Source: a virus
Taxonomy: Duplodnaviria; Caudoviricetes
Virus record (IMG/VR): IMGVR_UViG_3300025121_000094
Coordinates: 1-38,587 of that record
Direction: 5' to 3' (one strand)
Length of the DNA: 38,587 bases
The notes beneath the pieces are model-generated. The model did not search any database. It worked only from the letters and a program-made list of their open reading frames with translations, and was not told the DNA's origin. The translations under genes were made by a program, and so were the position numbers. This document shows, piece after piece, positions 8,162-17,024 of this stretch (position 1 is the first letter of the stretch; each line of letters starts with the position of its first letter).

Positions 8162-8422
8162 ATGAAAACTACCAAAACACGTAATTATCGTAAAGAATAT
8201 GATAGTTATCAAGGTACAGCTAAACAAAAAAAGAACCGCGCTAAACGTAATGCCGCCCGTAAAATTATGAAAAAAAAAGGATTAGTACACAAAGGAGATA
8301 ATAAAGATGTAGACCATAAAAAAGGAGTATCAGCAGGTAATGGTCGTAAAAATTTAAGGGTAGTATCTAAAAGTAAAAACCGTTCTTTTGCAAGAACTAA
8401 GAAAAAGACTAAAAAGAAATAA
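8162..8422 (+). CDS. Highly basic HNH-like protein
   Basis: RNYRKEY..KDVDHKK..GN...NLRVVS...N motif. Confidence 0.75.
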   Translation: MKTTKTRNYRKEYDSYQGTAKQKKNRAKRNAARKIMKKKGLVHKGDNKDVDHKKGVSAGNGRKNLRVVSKSKNRSFARTKKKTKKK

Positions 8423-8430
8423 TTATAAAA

Positions 8431-8904
8431 ATGATCTTCCTTGATTTAGAAACCACAGGATTAAGTTTTAATAACGATTATATTTTGGAATTTGGTGCGA
8501 TAAAAACTAATGATGATTTGCAAGAGATAGGATCGTTGCAGTTGCTTTTTACTTCACCAATAGAAATACCAGCTAAGGTTAGCGAAAAAAACGGTATTAC
8601 TATGGACATATTGGAGGGAGCGGGGGAGATAGAAGAACAGGAAGAAACAATTAGATTATTTCTTGGAACAGAAAAATGTATCGGACATAATATTAAGAAT
8701 TTTGATGCTAAGTTTTTACGCAGATATAATATTTTGTGGAACAATGAACTTGTAGATACATTAGAAATTGCAAAAAAAAATGTTAGTACCGCTAAACATT
8801 CTCTTGATTTTCTTTGTGAATATTTTGATATTATAAGGCCTAAACATAGAGCATTAGACGATTGTCGCGCGACTATAGAATTGTATAAACGGTTGATAAA
8901 TTAA
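8431..8904 (+). CDS. DEDDh 3'-5' exonuclease (DnaQ-like)
   Basis: DLETTG, GHNI..FD and HRALDD motifs. Confidence 0.92.
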   Translation: MIFLDLETTGLSFNNDYILEFGAIKTNDDLQEIGSLQLLFTSPIEIPAKVSEKNGITMDILEGAGEIEEQEETIRLFLGTEKCIGHNIKNFDAKFLRRYNILWNNELVDTLEIAKKNVSTAKHSLDFLCEYFDIIRPKHRALDDCRATIELYKRLIN

Positions 8905-8920
8905 AAATGATAAGTATAAT
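8893..8920 (+). promoter_or_regulatory. Promoter of cassette A
   Basis: TTGATA-16-TATAAT; predicted start falls at the left inverted-repeat arm. Confidence 0.6.
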
Positions 8921-8924
8921 AGCT

Positions 8925-9342
8925 TAACCAATAACGTAAAAATAGAGGAAGTGAGGTTGTTATGCACAGACTGTTAATGTTTATTTGGATAATTTTAGCG
9001 GGTGGAAATGTCTATGCCGCTAATGATTGTCCGGAGATCATTTTGTATGACTTTAATGATGACGGGATTAACGAGCAGGTGATTGTTGATCCTTGTTATT
9101 CCGGAGTTGTACAAAACGGTGGAAAGTTTAGTGTTATCACTCAGCCTGATGACTCTATGACCGACTTGGAGGCTTACGGGCTGAATGCTGAGCAAGAACT
9201 TGGCTATAAAACACGAGCAACAAGCAATGTGTTCGTTGTGTTTAGTCATAATTGCCAGTATTACGTTCGGTATAATTATCAGTATCACGATCTGCGAATG
9301 ACGAATACTTGTAATTAGTGAAACAGTTTACGTTATTGGTTA
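8925..9342. repeat. Perfect 16-bp inverted repeat enclosing ORF 8962..9318
   Basis: TAACCAATAACGTAAA (8925-40) and TTTACGTTATTGGTTA (9327-42). Confidence 0.95.
8962..9318 (+). CDS. Secreted acidic protein with a possible Ca-binding loop
   Basis: Signal peptide ending VYA-A; DFNDDGINE (DxxxDG) loop; SD-like GAGGAAGTGAGG; GC-richer than flanks. Confidence 0.7.
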   Translation: MHRLLMFIWIILAGGNVYAANDCPEIILYDFNDDGINEQVIVDPCYSGVVQNGGKFSVITQPDDSMTDLEAYGLNAEQELGYKTRATSNVFVVFSHNCQYYVRYNYQYHDLRMTNTCN

Positions 9343-9370
9343 GCTCGATAATCTTGTCGGGCTATTTTTT
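9341..9370 (+). terminator. Intrinsic terminator of cassette A
   Basis: TAGCTCGATA-ATCT-TGTCGGGCTA followed by T6. Confidence 0.8.
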
Positions 9371-9380
9371 AATATATATC

Positions 9381-9433
9381 TGTGTATAAGTCATGTAAAT
9401 TCTATTTGACAGTATCTATTATACTGATATACT
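9381..9433 (+). promoter_or_regulatory. DnaA box (reverse) plus strong promoter
   Basis: TGTGTATAA (9381-89); TTGACA-16-TATACT with TG extension. Confidence 0.65.
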
Positions 9434-9460
9434 ATAATAGTTGTTATTAAAAATACATTC

Positions 9461-9610
9461 ATGATAAATGGTAAATGTTTAAAGTGTGGGATAATATCTT
9501 GGACATGTACACGATGTAGTCATTTTTGGGCACAAAATCAAAAGAGAAAGGGTGTTCCTGTGAAGTGTCCAAAGTGTGGGAGTCCTTATTGGAATAAGAA
9601 AAAGAAATGA
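9461..9610 (+). CDS. 49 aa Zn-ribbon protein (not in ORF track)
   Basis: CTRCSHFW...PVKCPKCGSPYWN. Confidence 0.75.
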   Translation: MINGKCLKCGIISWTCTRCSHFWAQNQKRKGVPVKCPKCGSPYWNKKKK

Positions 9611-9956
9611 AACAACCATTAAAAGATTAAGAAGATTATTGAGAAGGCTGGTGAGCGTGGTTGGAAATTGGCGGGTCATTATTTAGATACCGATGAACAT
9701 GAACCTATTTTAAATCATACAAGAGATAGCTTAAATTTAAACATATTCTTTTCAATAGAATTTGCTAAGTCATTTTTTGGTGAAGAAGAAATATGTGAAA
9801 TATGTGGAGATGAATGGGATGATGGTTGTAGAGTTGGTTGTTATTATTGTAATGAAGGTAGTATATTGCCAACATTACAATAATAACAACCAACTTCTTA
9901 CAGAAATTTAAGAAGGCAGAGATGTGATAGATTATTTATATAAATTTATTGAATAA
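9607..9956 (+). pseudogene. Disrupted phage gene (frameshifts and stops)
   Basis: ATG 9607 is out of frame with KIIEKAGERGWKLAG...; the tail QLLTEI*EGRDVIDYLYKFIE lies in another frame. Confidence 0.5.
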
Positions 9957-9958
9957 AT

Positions 9959-10084
9959 ATGTGGAAAATTATTAAAATTATGTTACTTGGTATTGGGCAT
10001 AGAAATTGTCCTGTTTGTAATACATCTGGAAATTATTCACAATGTCCAATATATGAGTTTATTGATAATTTATTAAAAAAATAA
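9959..10084 (+). CDS. 41 aa peptide with CxxC (not in ORF track)
   Basis: Fills the gap; MWKIIKIMLLGIGHRNCPVC... Confidence 0.4.
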   Translation: MWKIIKIMLLGIGHRNCPVCNTSGNYSQCPIYEFIDNLLKK

Positions 10085-10086
10085 AT

Positions 10087-10461
10087 ATGCTTAGTTACGA
10101 ATTGTGTAAAAAATTAAAAGATGCTGGGTTTAAGTTTAATACCGAAATTGTTGATGAATTTAAATGTGTATGTGGGCATAAACACACCATCTTAAAAGAT
10201 GGTGTTGTTGATGTAGAAACTGGTGATAGTATTATTATTCCAACCCTAAAAGAATTGATTGAAGCGTGTGGTGGTGAATTTGAGTCTTTGAATCAATGGT
10301 ATCCTCCAACAGATAAAAAATTACAATGGCAAGCACAAGCAATTGTTCCTGATGGAATAATTGATGATATTTATAATAATATGTGTATAGAAAGAACAGT
10401 TTTTGGAAAATCACCAGAAGAAGCCGTTGCTAATTTATATTTAACGCTTAATAAAAAATAA
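10087..10461 (+). CDS. Hypothetical phage protein
   Basis: YELCKKLKDAGF..PTLKELIEACG..PEEAVANLYL pattern recurrent in uncultured phages. Confidence 0.7.
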   Translation: MLSYELCKKLKDAGFKFNTEIVDEFKCVCGHKHTILKDGVVDVETGDSIIIPTLKELIEACGGEFESLNQWYPPTDKKLQWQAQAIVPDGIIDDIYNNMCIERTVFGKSPEEAVANLYLTLNKK

Positions 10462-10464
10462 ATT

Positions 10465-10701
10465 ATGAGAACAAAAAAGAAATTTAAAAAGGTTGTGACT
10501 AACACAAAAACAGGAAGAAAGAATACTGTTCGATATGGTGCAAAAGGATATAAAATTAAACCGGGAACTAAAGCCGGCGATTCTTATTGTGCACGTTCTG
10601 CGGGAATAGCTAAAAAGCATCCTAGTGCAAGAAAACGAAATAGCCCGAATGCACTTTCGAGAAAAAAATGGAAATGTAAAGGAAAAAAATCAATGAAATA
10701 A
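10465..10701 (+). CDS. Small highly basic protein (SYCARS...WKC family, DUF6321-like)
   Basis: GDSYCARSAG..NSPNALSRKKWKC. Confidence 0.65.
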   Translation: MRTKKKFKKVVTNTKTGRKNTVRYGAKGYKIKPGTKAGDSYCARSAGIAKKHPSARKRNSPNALSRKKWKCKGKKSMK

Positions 10702-10807
10702 TATTATAGATCAAATCAATCAAAGGAAAATTGTTAAAATAAAAGCAATATGGTAGTATATGTATAAGTAAATGGATTATTTTTAAGATAAAAAACTATA
10801 TTTTTTT

Positions 10808-11275
10808 ATGGATAAAATAAAAAACAAATTGTGTGGTCGTTGTAATAAGCCTAAAGGCGGAGCTAAAGGTGAAGATGATGGTTTTTGTAATTGTGGCAGA
10901 CCTACAAAATATACAACAGATGAAGACATGATTTTTAAGATAGATGAATATTTAAAAACATGTATTGATGAATATAATTCTGAAACAAAGAGACTAAAAG
11001 TAAAGCTTCCAATGCTTGAAGATTTTGCTTTATTTATAGGGATTACAGATGTTACTCTTGTAGAATGGAGAAAAGAACATCAAAAGTTTTCTTCCGCCGT
11101 TAGGAAAATTGAGATAGAACAGAAGAAAAGGCTAATAAATAGTGGCCTTTCTGAAGATTATAATTCTACAATAGCTAAATTAAATTTATCAGCTAATCAT
11201 GGTATGCGAGAAGGACAAGACATAACAACAAACAATAAAGATATTCAATCAGTTAATATTAAGTTTTACGAATAA
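10808..11275 (+). CDS. terS: Terminase small subunit (P22 gp3-like)
   Basis: GRPTKY, HTH-like FALFIGI..TLVEW and IAKLNLSANHG; directly upstream of TerL. Confidence 0.85.
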   Translation: MDKIKNKLCGRCNKPKGGAKGEDDGFCNCGRPTKYTTDEDMIFKIDEYLKTCIDEYNSETKRLKVKLPMLEDFALFIGITDVTLVEWRKEHQKFSSAVRKIEIEQKKRLINSGLSEDYNSTIAKLNLSANHGMREGQDITTNNKDIQSVNIKFYE

Positions 11276-11292
11276 TTACTTGATAAAGTATT

Positions 11293-12573
11293 ATGAGTAG
11301 TCGTGATATTTACTTTATACCAAAGGCTAAAGTCTTATTTCAGCCTAAGAGATATAAGATATTTTATGGAGGAAGAGGTGGGGGAAAATCACAGAACTTT
11401 GGTTTAGCCTTACTGGTGTTAGGAATGCAAAAGAAATTGCAGATACTTTGTGCTAGAGAATTTCAGAATTCTATAACTGATTCGGTACATAAAATGTTAT
11501 CAGTCTTGATTGAAGAAAATAATTTAGAATCATTTTATAAGGTACAGCAAACTACTATTACAGGAAAGAATGGAACAGAGTTTATATTTCATGGTTTAAA
11601 ACATAATATTTCTTCAATTAAAAGTTTTGAAGGAGTAAATTATTGTTGGGTAGAAGAAGGTACAGCAGTTTCAAAACATAGTTGGGATGTGTTAATTCCA
11701 ACAATTCGTGCTAAAGGCTCAGAAATATGGATAAGCTTTAACCCTGAACTAGAAACAGATGAAACATATCAGCGCTTTGTAGTTCATCCACCTAAAGATA
11801 GTGTGGTAGTTAAACTTAATTACACGGATAATCCTAAGTTTCCTTATGAATTAGAACAAGAACGACAAGCGTGTTTATTGCGCGATCCCGATGGTTACTT
11901 GAATATTTGGGAGGGTCATTGTAAACAAGCCTTAGAGGGAGCAGTATATGCTAATGAACTACGAGATTTAACACAAAACAATCATATAACTAAAGTACCG
12001 TATAATCCTAGAAGCTTAGTACATACATTCTGGGATTTAGGTTGGGGAGATACAACAGCCATATGGTTTGTTCAGAAGGTTGGTATGGAGTATCACATAA
12101 TAGATTATTATGAGAATAATCTAACAAAGATACCTGATTATGTTAGAGAGTTAAATAACAAAAAATATATTTATGGGATTGATTGGTTACCACACGATGG
12201 TGAAAATCATAGTCAACAGACAGGCATGACCATTAAAGAACAATTAGAAAATTTAGGTCGTAAAGTTAAAACTGTACCAAAACTAAGTAAGAAAGATGGA
12301 ATTGCTGCTACCCGTACTATATTTGAGTTGTGTTGGTTTGATTCAGAGAAATGTATTGATGGTTTAAATGCTTTACGACATTACCGATATGATATAAATA
12401 CTACAACTGAAGAATTAAGCAGAGAACCAAAACATGACTGGGCTTCAAATGGGGCAGATGCTTTAAGGTATTTTGCTATTAGTACAAAAAAGGTTAAAGA
12501 AAAAGAACGAGAACAAACTATTAAACCGGTATTTTTCTATCAACGACACAAAACAGGATTTGGACGTGTTTAA
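11293..12573 (+). CDS. terL: Terminase large subunit (PBSX-type)
   Basis: Walker A YGGRGGGKS, Walker B WVEE, SFNP, nuclease WDLG..D and DALRY. Confidence 0.95.
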   Translation: MSSRDIYFIPKAKVLFQPKRYKIFYGGRGGGKSQNFGLALLVLGMQKKLQILCAREFQNSITDSVHKMLSVLIEENNLESFYKVQQTTITGKNGTEFIFHGLKHNISSIKSFEGVNYCWVEEGTAVSKHSWDVLIPTIRAKGSEIWISFNPELETDETYQRFVVHPPKDSVVVKLNYTDNPKFPYELEQERQACLLRDPDGYLNIWEGHCKQALEGAVYANELRDLTQNNHITKVPYNPRSLVHTFWDLGWGDTTAIWFVQKVGMEYHIIDYYENNLTKIPDYVRELNNKKYIYGIDWLPHDGENHSQQTGMTIKEQLENLGRKVKTVPKLSKKDGIAATRTIFELCWFDSEKCIDGLNALRHYRYDINTTTEELSREPKHDWASNGADALRYFAISTKKVKEKEREQTIKPVFFYQRHKTGFGRV

Positions 12574-12658
12574 TAATAGCCATATGTCAAAACTGTTGGC
12601 ATGAGGTTGTGTTTGAAAGTAGAGGATTAAGAAATAAAAACAAACAATCTCAATAGAC

Positions 12659-12686
12659 TTGACAAGATAAATGGGTATGATATTAT
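12659..12686 (+). promoter_or_regulatory. Sigma70 promoter
   Basis: TTGACA-16-TATTAT with TG extension. Confidence 0.6.
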
Positions 12687-12689
12687 TAC

Positions 12690-13010
12690 TCTGCTTAAAT
12701 CTTCATCATGAATACACTGTAAATCAGATATCGGACGTCATGTCCAAGGCTTGGTGAAGAGCCTTAAGCAGATGTCTGATCTATAGTGTATTTTTGTTTG
12801 ACAATACAATTTAAACGACTAGCGGGTTCACGGTACGGCTAGGAAAAAACACGTATCTGCAACATCTAAGGGATTAGACTAAAGATTGATAAGAGACTAA
12901 TGCGAAAGGAGAGAAAAACAAGTTAACTACTCTTGCTCTCCCATTTCATTAGTCTCGTATACAATGAATATAGGGATAAGGGATCATCTTAAAGGGATAG
13001 TATTCCACTT
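12690..13010 (+). ncRNA. Putative structured non-coding RNA / origin region B
   Basis: Stems AATACACT/AGTGTATT, ATCAGATATC/GATGTCTGAT and GAGACTAATG/CATTAGTCTC; ends in AGGGAT repeats. Confidence 0.5.
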
Positions 13011-13148
13011 ATAAAATGTTTAGTTGTTATATAAAGCTTCTAATAATACTATGAATAGTAAAAGTAGAGAGTTTAATTAAGTATGTGTCGTAAAATATTA
13101 CACATAGCGACACTTAAATATATATTATAAATAGACAAAGGTATTGTA

Positions 13149-13216
13149 TTGCTTTATGATAGTGGTATATTATAATTGATAGATTTTTAATTAACATCAT
13201 GGGGACAACTATGATG
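13149..13216 (+). promoter_or_regulatory. Portal promoter and leader hairpin displaying GGGGACA
   Basis: TTGCTT-16-TATAAT; CATCAT-GGGGACAACT-ATGATG just before the ATG. Confidence 0.55.
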
Positions 13217-13218
13217 AT

Positions 13219-15207
13219 ATGGACAAAAAATATATTAGTAAATATAATCCAAGCAAGGAAGTTTTAGATTATAAAGTAGAGATTTTAAATGATTTTGATA
13301 TAGCAAACGAGGCAAAACAACAAAGCTATCCAGAGTTGGATAATATGTCTCCTATGACATACATGGATGAGTCAAGAATGAGGAATTATGGCTATTTCTA
13401 TAATCAAGCACCGAATAAATATGAAGAACAGGGTCCTAATGTATTCTTTCAAAAGACTAATAATAAGATAAATATTATATCTGCCTTTAGTTCGGCACAA
13501 AGACCAAGAGCAGAGATTTCAACTAGAGTTCGTAATAGTACTAAAAGTGATAAAAGAATAGCTACTATTTCTTTGAATGCTTATGATTATTTCATGGAGA
13601 AAGAGAATGCTGATGAAATTTATCTTGATTGGAAGAAAGAAACGCTTATCACTGGTACTGGTTTTCTTTATGAATATTATGATTATCAAGAAAGAGAAGT
13701 TAAAAATGTTATTGATAAAGATTATAAGACCGGTAAATTAAAATATAAAACAAGTATTCGAGTTGTTAGTGACCAACCAAAAAGTAAAATAGTTCCTTTT
13801 GAACAGTTATTCTTTCCTACTTTATACGAAACAGATATTCAAAATTATCCTTATGTTATTTATAGAGAATATCTTTTAAGAAGTATAGCTGAACAAGTAT
13901 ATGGAAAGTTTGGTAATTGGAAGTATGTGCCTTTTGTTAGCCAATTTACTGATGAGAATACTGGTGAACAATTTTATTATCATAGGTGGAAAGATAGAGT
14001 AACCGATCCTTTTGTTGAGATATTACATAGATTTAAAAAGGTTCCTGATACTCACGATATTTTAATCAATGGAGTTTTAATGACGGAAATTGGCAATCCT
14101 ATGATTTATGATCACAAAGAATATCCTTTTATTCCACAATATGTTGAAAAGATAAAAGGTTTTATTCTTGGTAGGTCTTTACCTATGAAGATTTGTTATG
14201 CTCAAGATACCTTTAACGAACTAATGAATGCTAATATTAGTCGTTCTCGTAGTTCTAGTCATTTGTCATTACTTTCATCTCTTGAGAGTGATATTGAATA
14301 TGACTCAGTAGGTAACAATGAAATTATTAAAACTAATGATGAGAATGGTTTAAGAGAATTAAAAATAAATAGTGTACAGAGTGGAGATATTTCTATTATG
14401 AGTTTAGTAGGCGATGAAATTGATGAAGATACCGCGCCTAAAACTATGGACGGATCAATTTCTGGTGAGACAGCAACAGCTATTATGAACGCAGTTAGAC
14501 AAAGTACCCAGAATCTTGGACCACAATTGATTTATCAATTCTCTGCTGTTAGAAAACACTCTGAGCTAAGACTTAAAAATATCTTTCAATTCTTTTTTAA
14601 TGCTAATTTAAAAGGAGAAGCTTTTGAAATGAAAGAGATGAATATTGAAGATGTTAAACTACAAGACGGACAAAAAGGAATACGCATAATTAGAATTGTA
14701 GATAATAAAGATAAAATACCAAGTAAAAAAGAAAGAGATGCTGAGTTAAGAAAAGGAATTGTTGAGACGATAGATAAAAATGGAAAAAAAATAAATAAGA
14801 TTGAAACTAATTATGATATTGTATATATTACTCCTGATGATATTGCGGACATTGACGCTAAGATTAAACTTGTATCGGGATCATCACTACCTGATATTAA
14901 AAGTTTAAAAAAAGCTATGTTACTTGAACTTATCAATGCCGGAGCGGCTCCTGCTTTACAACAGTATCCTGACTTTTTAGAGCTTTGGAGAATGGCAGTA
15001 GAAGAATTTGGTTATAATCCTGACGATGTAACAAGAGATCAAAACCAGGTAACATCTGAGGGTCAAGAACCAGGACAAGGGGAGGTTATGCCTGAGGCAT
15101 CAGCAGAATTACAAGAACAACCACAGAACACTGCTTTAATTCAACAAATGGCTGGTACTCAAAAACCTAGCCTTAATGATTTAATTGGTAACGTACAACC
15201 ACAATGA
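13219..15207 (+). CDS. Portal protein (P22-like)
   Basis: 662 aa after TerL; LITGTG, YPFIP and ETAT motifs; Q/E-rich tail. Confidence 0.85.
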   Translation: MDKKYISKYNPSKEVLDYKVEILNDFDIANEAKQQSYPELDNMSPMTYMDESRMRNYGYFYNQAPNKYEEQGPNVFFQKTNNKINIISAFSSAQRPRAEISTRVRNSTKSDKRIATISLNAYDYFMEKENADEIYLDWKKETLITGTGFLYEYYDYQEREVKNVIDKDYKTGKLKYKTSIRVVSDQPKSKIVPFEQLFFPTLYETDIQNYPYVIYREYLLRSIAEQVYGKFGNWKYVPFVSQFTDENTGEQFYYHRWKDRVTDPFVEILHRFKKVPDTHDILINGVLMTEIGNPMIYDHKEYPFIPQYVEKIKGFILGRSLPMKICYAQDTFNELMNANISRSRSSSHLSLLSSLESDIEYDSVGNNEIIKTNDENGLRELKINSVQSGDISIMSLVGDEIDEDTAPKTMDGSISGETATAIMNAVRQSTQNLGPQLIYQFSAVRKHSELRLKNIFQFFFNANLKGEAFEMKEMNIEDVKLQDGQKGIRIIRIVDNKDKIPSKKERDAELRKGIVETIDKNGKKINKIETNYDIVYITPDDIADIDAKIKLVSGSSLPDIKSLKKAMLLELINAGAAPALQQYPDFLELWRMAVEEFGYNPDDVTRDQNQVTSEGQEPGQGEVMPEASAELQEQPQNTALIQQMAGTQKPSLNDLIGNVQPQ

Positions 15208-15581
15208 CAAAACTTGGATTAAAATTACGACTAAGATTTTTTGGAGATGCAATGTTTGCTTTATATTCTGATGAATTTCGTGGACTATGGCTTAACATGA
15301 CAACGGGAGACAGTGATTTTATGTCTAGTTATAATAAAAAAGTGAACGCCTTGATTTCTAAAATAAGTCCCGAGAGTAGAATTGTTATTAAAGAGTTATT
15401 AACCTTAAAAGCAATGTATCGTATGCGAGAAGGCTCTAAGGTTTTAAATGGAGATAATAATAAACTAATCAATAATGTTAGGCAATTTGAAGATATTAGC
15501 TTAAAACAAACTATTGAAAGAATAGAAAAGCAAGAGGAAAAAGATAAACTTAAACAGATAGAAAAAGAAAATAAAAAGTAA
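15204..15581 (+). CDS. Hypothetical helical protein downstream of portal
   Basis: ATGA overlap with portal. Confidence 0.7.
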   Translation: MTKLGLKLRLRFFGDAMFALYSDEFRGLWLNMTTGDSDFMSSYNKKVNALISKISPESRIVIKELLTLKAMYRMREGSKVLNGDNNKLINNVRQFEDISLKQTIERIEKQEEKDKLKQIEKENKK

Positions 15582-15584
15582 TTC

Positions 15585-15736
15585 TTGCTTATTATTTTAA
15601 GTATATGTATAATAAAAAATAAGGAGTACATTAAAAATAAAGAGTTTGGGGACACAAAGGGTTGTTATAAACCACTATGAGTTTGTGTCCCCAGGCTCGT
15701 AGTGATCTATAACAACCTTTAATCGGGTTGTTTTTT
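15585..15736 (+). promoter_or_regulatory. Head-operon promoter and attenuator-like leader
   Basis: TTGCTT-17-TATAAT; three mutually exclusive pairings ending in a hairpin plus T-run. Confidence 0.65.
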
Positions 15737-15808
15737 AATAAATAAGGTGACTGCGAAGGCCGCGCAAGGCTTCTCAGTTATTAAGAGAATCACTAAATTT
15801 AAAATATT

Positions 15809-16540
15809 ATGGAGATTGCAAACACAAACGCTAACGAAGAAGCAAGGGAAAATGTTGCTTTAGAAGAGGGCGTTGTAGATTCATCATCTACAGAAGAAGT
15901 TAAAGAGGGACAAGGTCAATCACAAGAAGATGATCTTTCAAAAATGAGTCAAGAAGAATTGGTTGATTTTGCGAGAAAAGAACGGGAAGCTAAACAACGA
16001 GCCGTTGCTCATTTACGCGATCAATCTAAAAAACATCGTCCCAATATTGAGGCGATTGACAAAGAAGAACCTAAGTTAAACATTGAATCAGAGGCAGAGC
16101 TTGAAGAACGTATTGCAAGAATCGTAGATAAAAAAGCTAACGAAATCGTTGCTAAACGTCTACAGGAACAGCCTATTGATGATTTTACTAAAGGTGCTAG
16201 CGACTGGTTAATGGAACAGCCTTGGGCTACTCCATTTCTTCCAGAAACTTTTGGTTCTGATCCGCTTTATGCAAAACTTTTCACTGAGGTAAAACATTTA
16301 AAAGAAACTCATCCAGTAAATAACATTGAGGACTATCGTCAATTATTAAAATTAGCAGCTGTTAATGTAACCGGTAAACCTGATGCTTTATTAGGTAAAT
16401 CAAATACATTAGATTATCAGCGCTCTATGTCGACTAGCCCCAGAGTTTCTACCGGACAAGCTTCTAAAAGAATATTTACAGCAGAAGAAATAGCATTTGC
16501 CAAAGCTTGTGGTCATAAACCCGAAGAGGTTTATAAATAA
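15809..16540 (+). CDS. Capsid scaffolding protein (putative)
   Basis: Acidic N-terminus, coiled coil, C-terminal TAEEIAFAKACG..EEVYK; position before capsid. Confidence 0.7.
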   Translation: MEIANTNANEEARENVALEEGVVDSSSTEEVKEGQGQSQEDDLSKMSQEELVDFARKEREAKQRAVAHLRDQSKKHRPNIEAIDKEEPKLNIESEAELEERIARIVDKKANEIVAKRLQEQPIDDFTKGASDWLMEQPWATPFLPETFGSDPLYAKLFTEVKHLKETHPVNNIEDYRQLLKLAAVNVTGKPDALLGKSNTLDYQRSMSTSPRVSTGQASKRIFTAEEIAFAKACGHKPEEVYK

Positions 16541-16555
16541 TTTAATTTAAAATTT

Positions 16556-16993
16556 ATGGCAGATCGAAACGTGCGCGTAGTCGATTGTTGTGGAAAAAAA
16601 CCACATATTGACTCGATTGCAAAAACAGCTACTACAGCTTTTGATAAAAATTCTTTAGTAGAATATGCGTCTGGTGTTATTAACCCTTCTGATAGTACGG
16701 ATATAAATGTAAAAGGTATTATTTTAGAAGAAGTAGCGGCTACTGATTCTGATTATTCTACTACTGGTGCTCGTAAATCAGTACAAGTGTTAGATGGTGG
16801 AGAAGAAGTGGAAATGGATTACACCGGTGGCGCAGCTGTGCCAGGTGTTTCTTATGGAATTAACAGTGCTTACAATGTAGATATTACTAATGTTACACAA
16901 AAAGTAGCTACCTGTGTTCGTGTTGTTTCTGGTACTACCTCTGGTAGAGCAGTGTTTACTTTCAAGACTTACTCTGGTGGATTATCTATCTAG
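16556..16993 (+). CDS. Capsid decoration/auxiliary protein (putative)
   Basis: Beta-rich 145 aa between scaffold and major capsid gene. Confidence 0.6.
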   Translation: MADRNVRVVDCCGKKPHIDSIAKTATTAFDKNSLVEYASGVINPSDSTDINVKGIILEEVAATDSDYSTTGARKSVQVLDGGEEVEMDYTGGAAVPGVSYGINSAYNVDITNVTQKVATCVRVVSGTTSGRAVFTFKTYSGGLSI

Positions 16994-17024
16994 TTGTCTA
17001 ATTAAATAAAATAAATAAATAAAT

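Noticed and set aside
8925-9342. IS/MITE interpretation of the inverted repeats
   Set aside because: No transposase and no evident target duplication; the arms coincide with predicted transcript ends
5521-9956. Alternative genetic code (stop reassignment)
   Set aside because: TAA, TAG and TGA all end well-formed genes, and the long structural genes are intact in the standard code
12690-13010. tRNA, group I/II intron or hammerhead ribozyme
   Set aside because: No cloverleaf, intron core or CUGAUGA/GAAA arrangement recognised by eye; an Rfam scan is still needed
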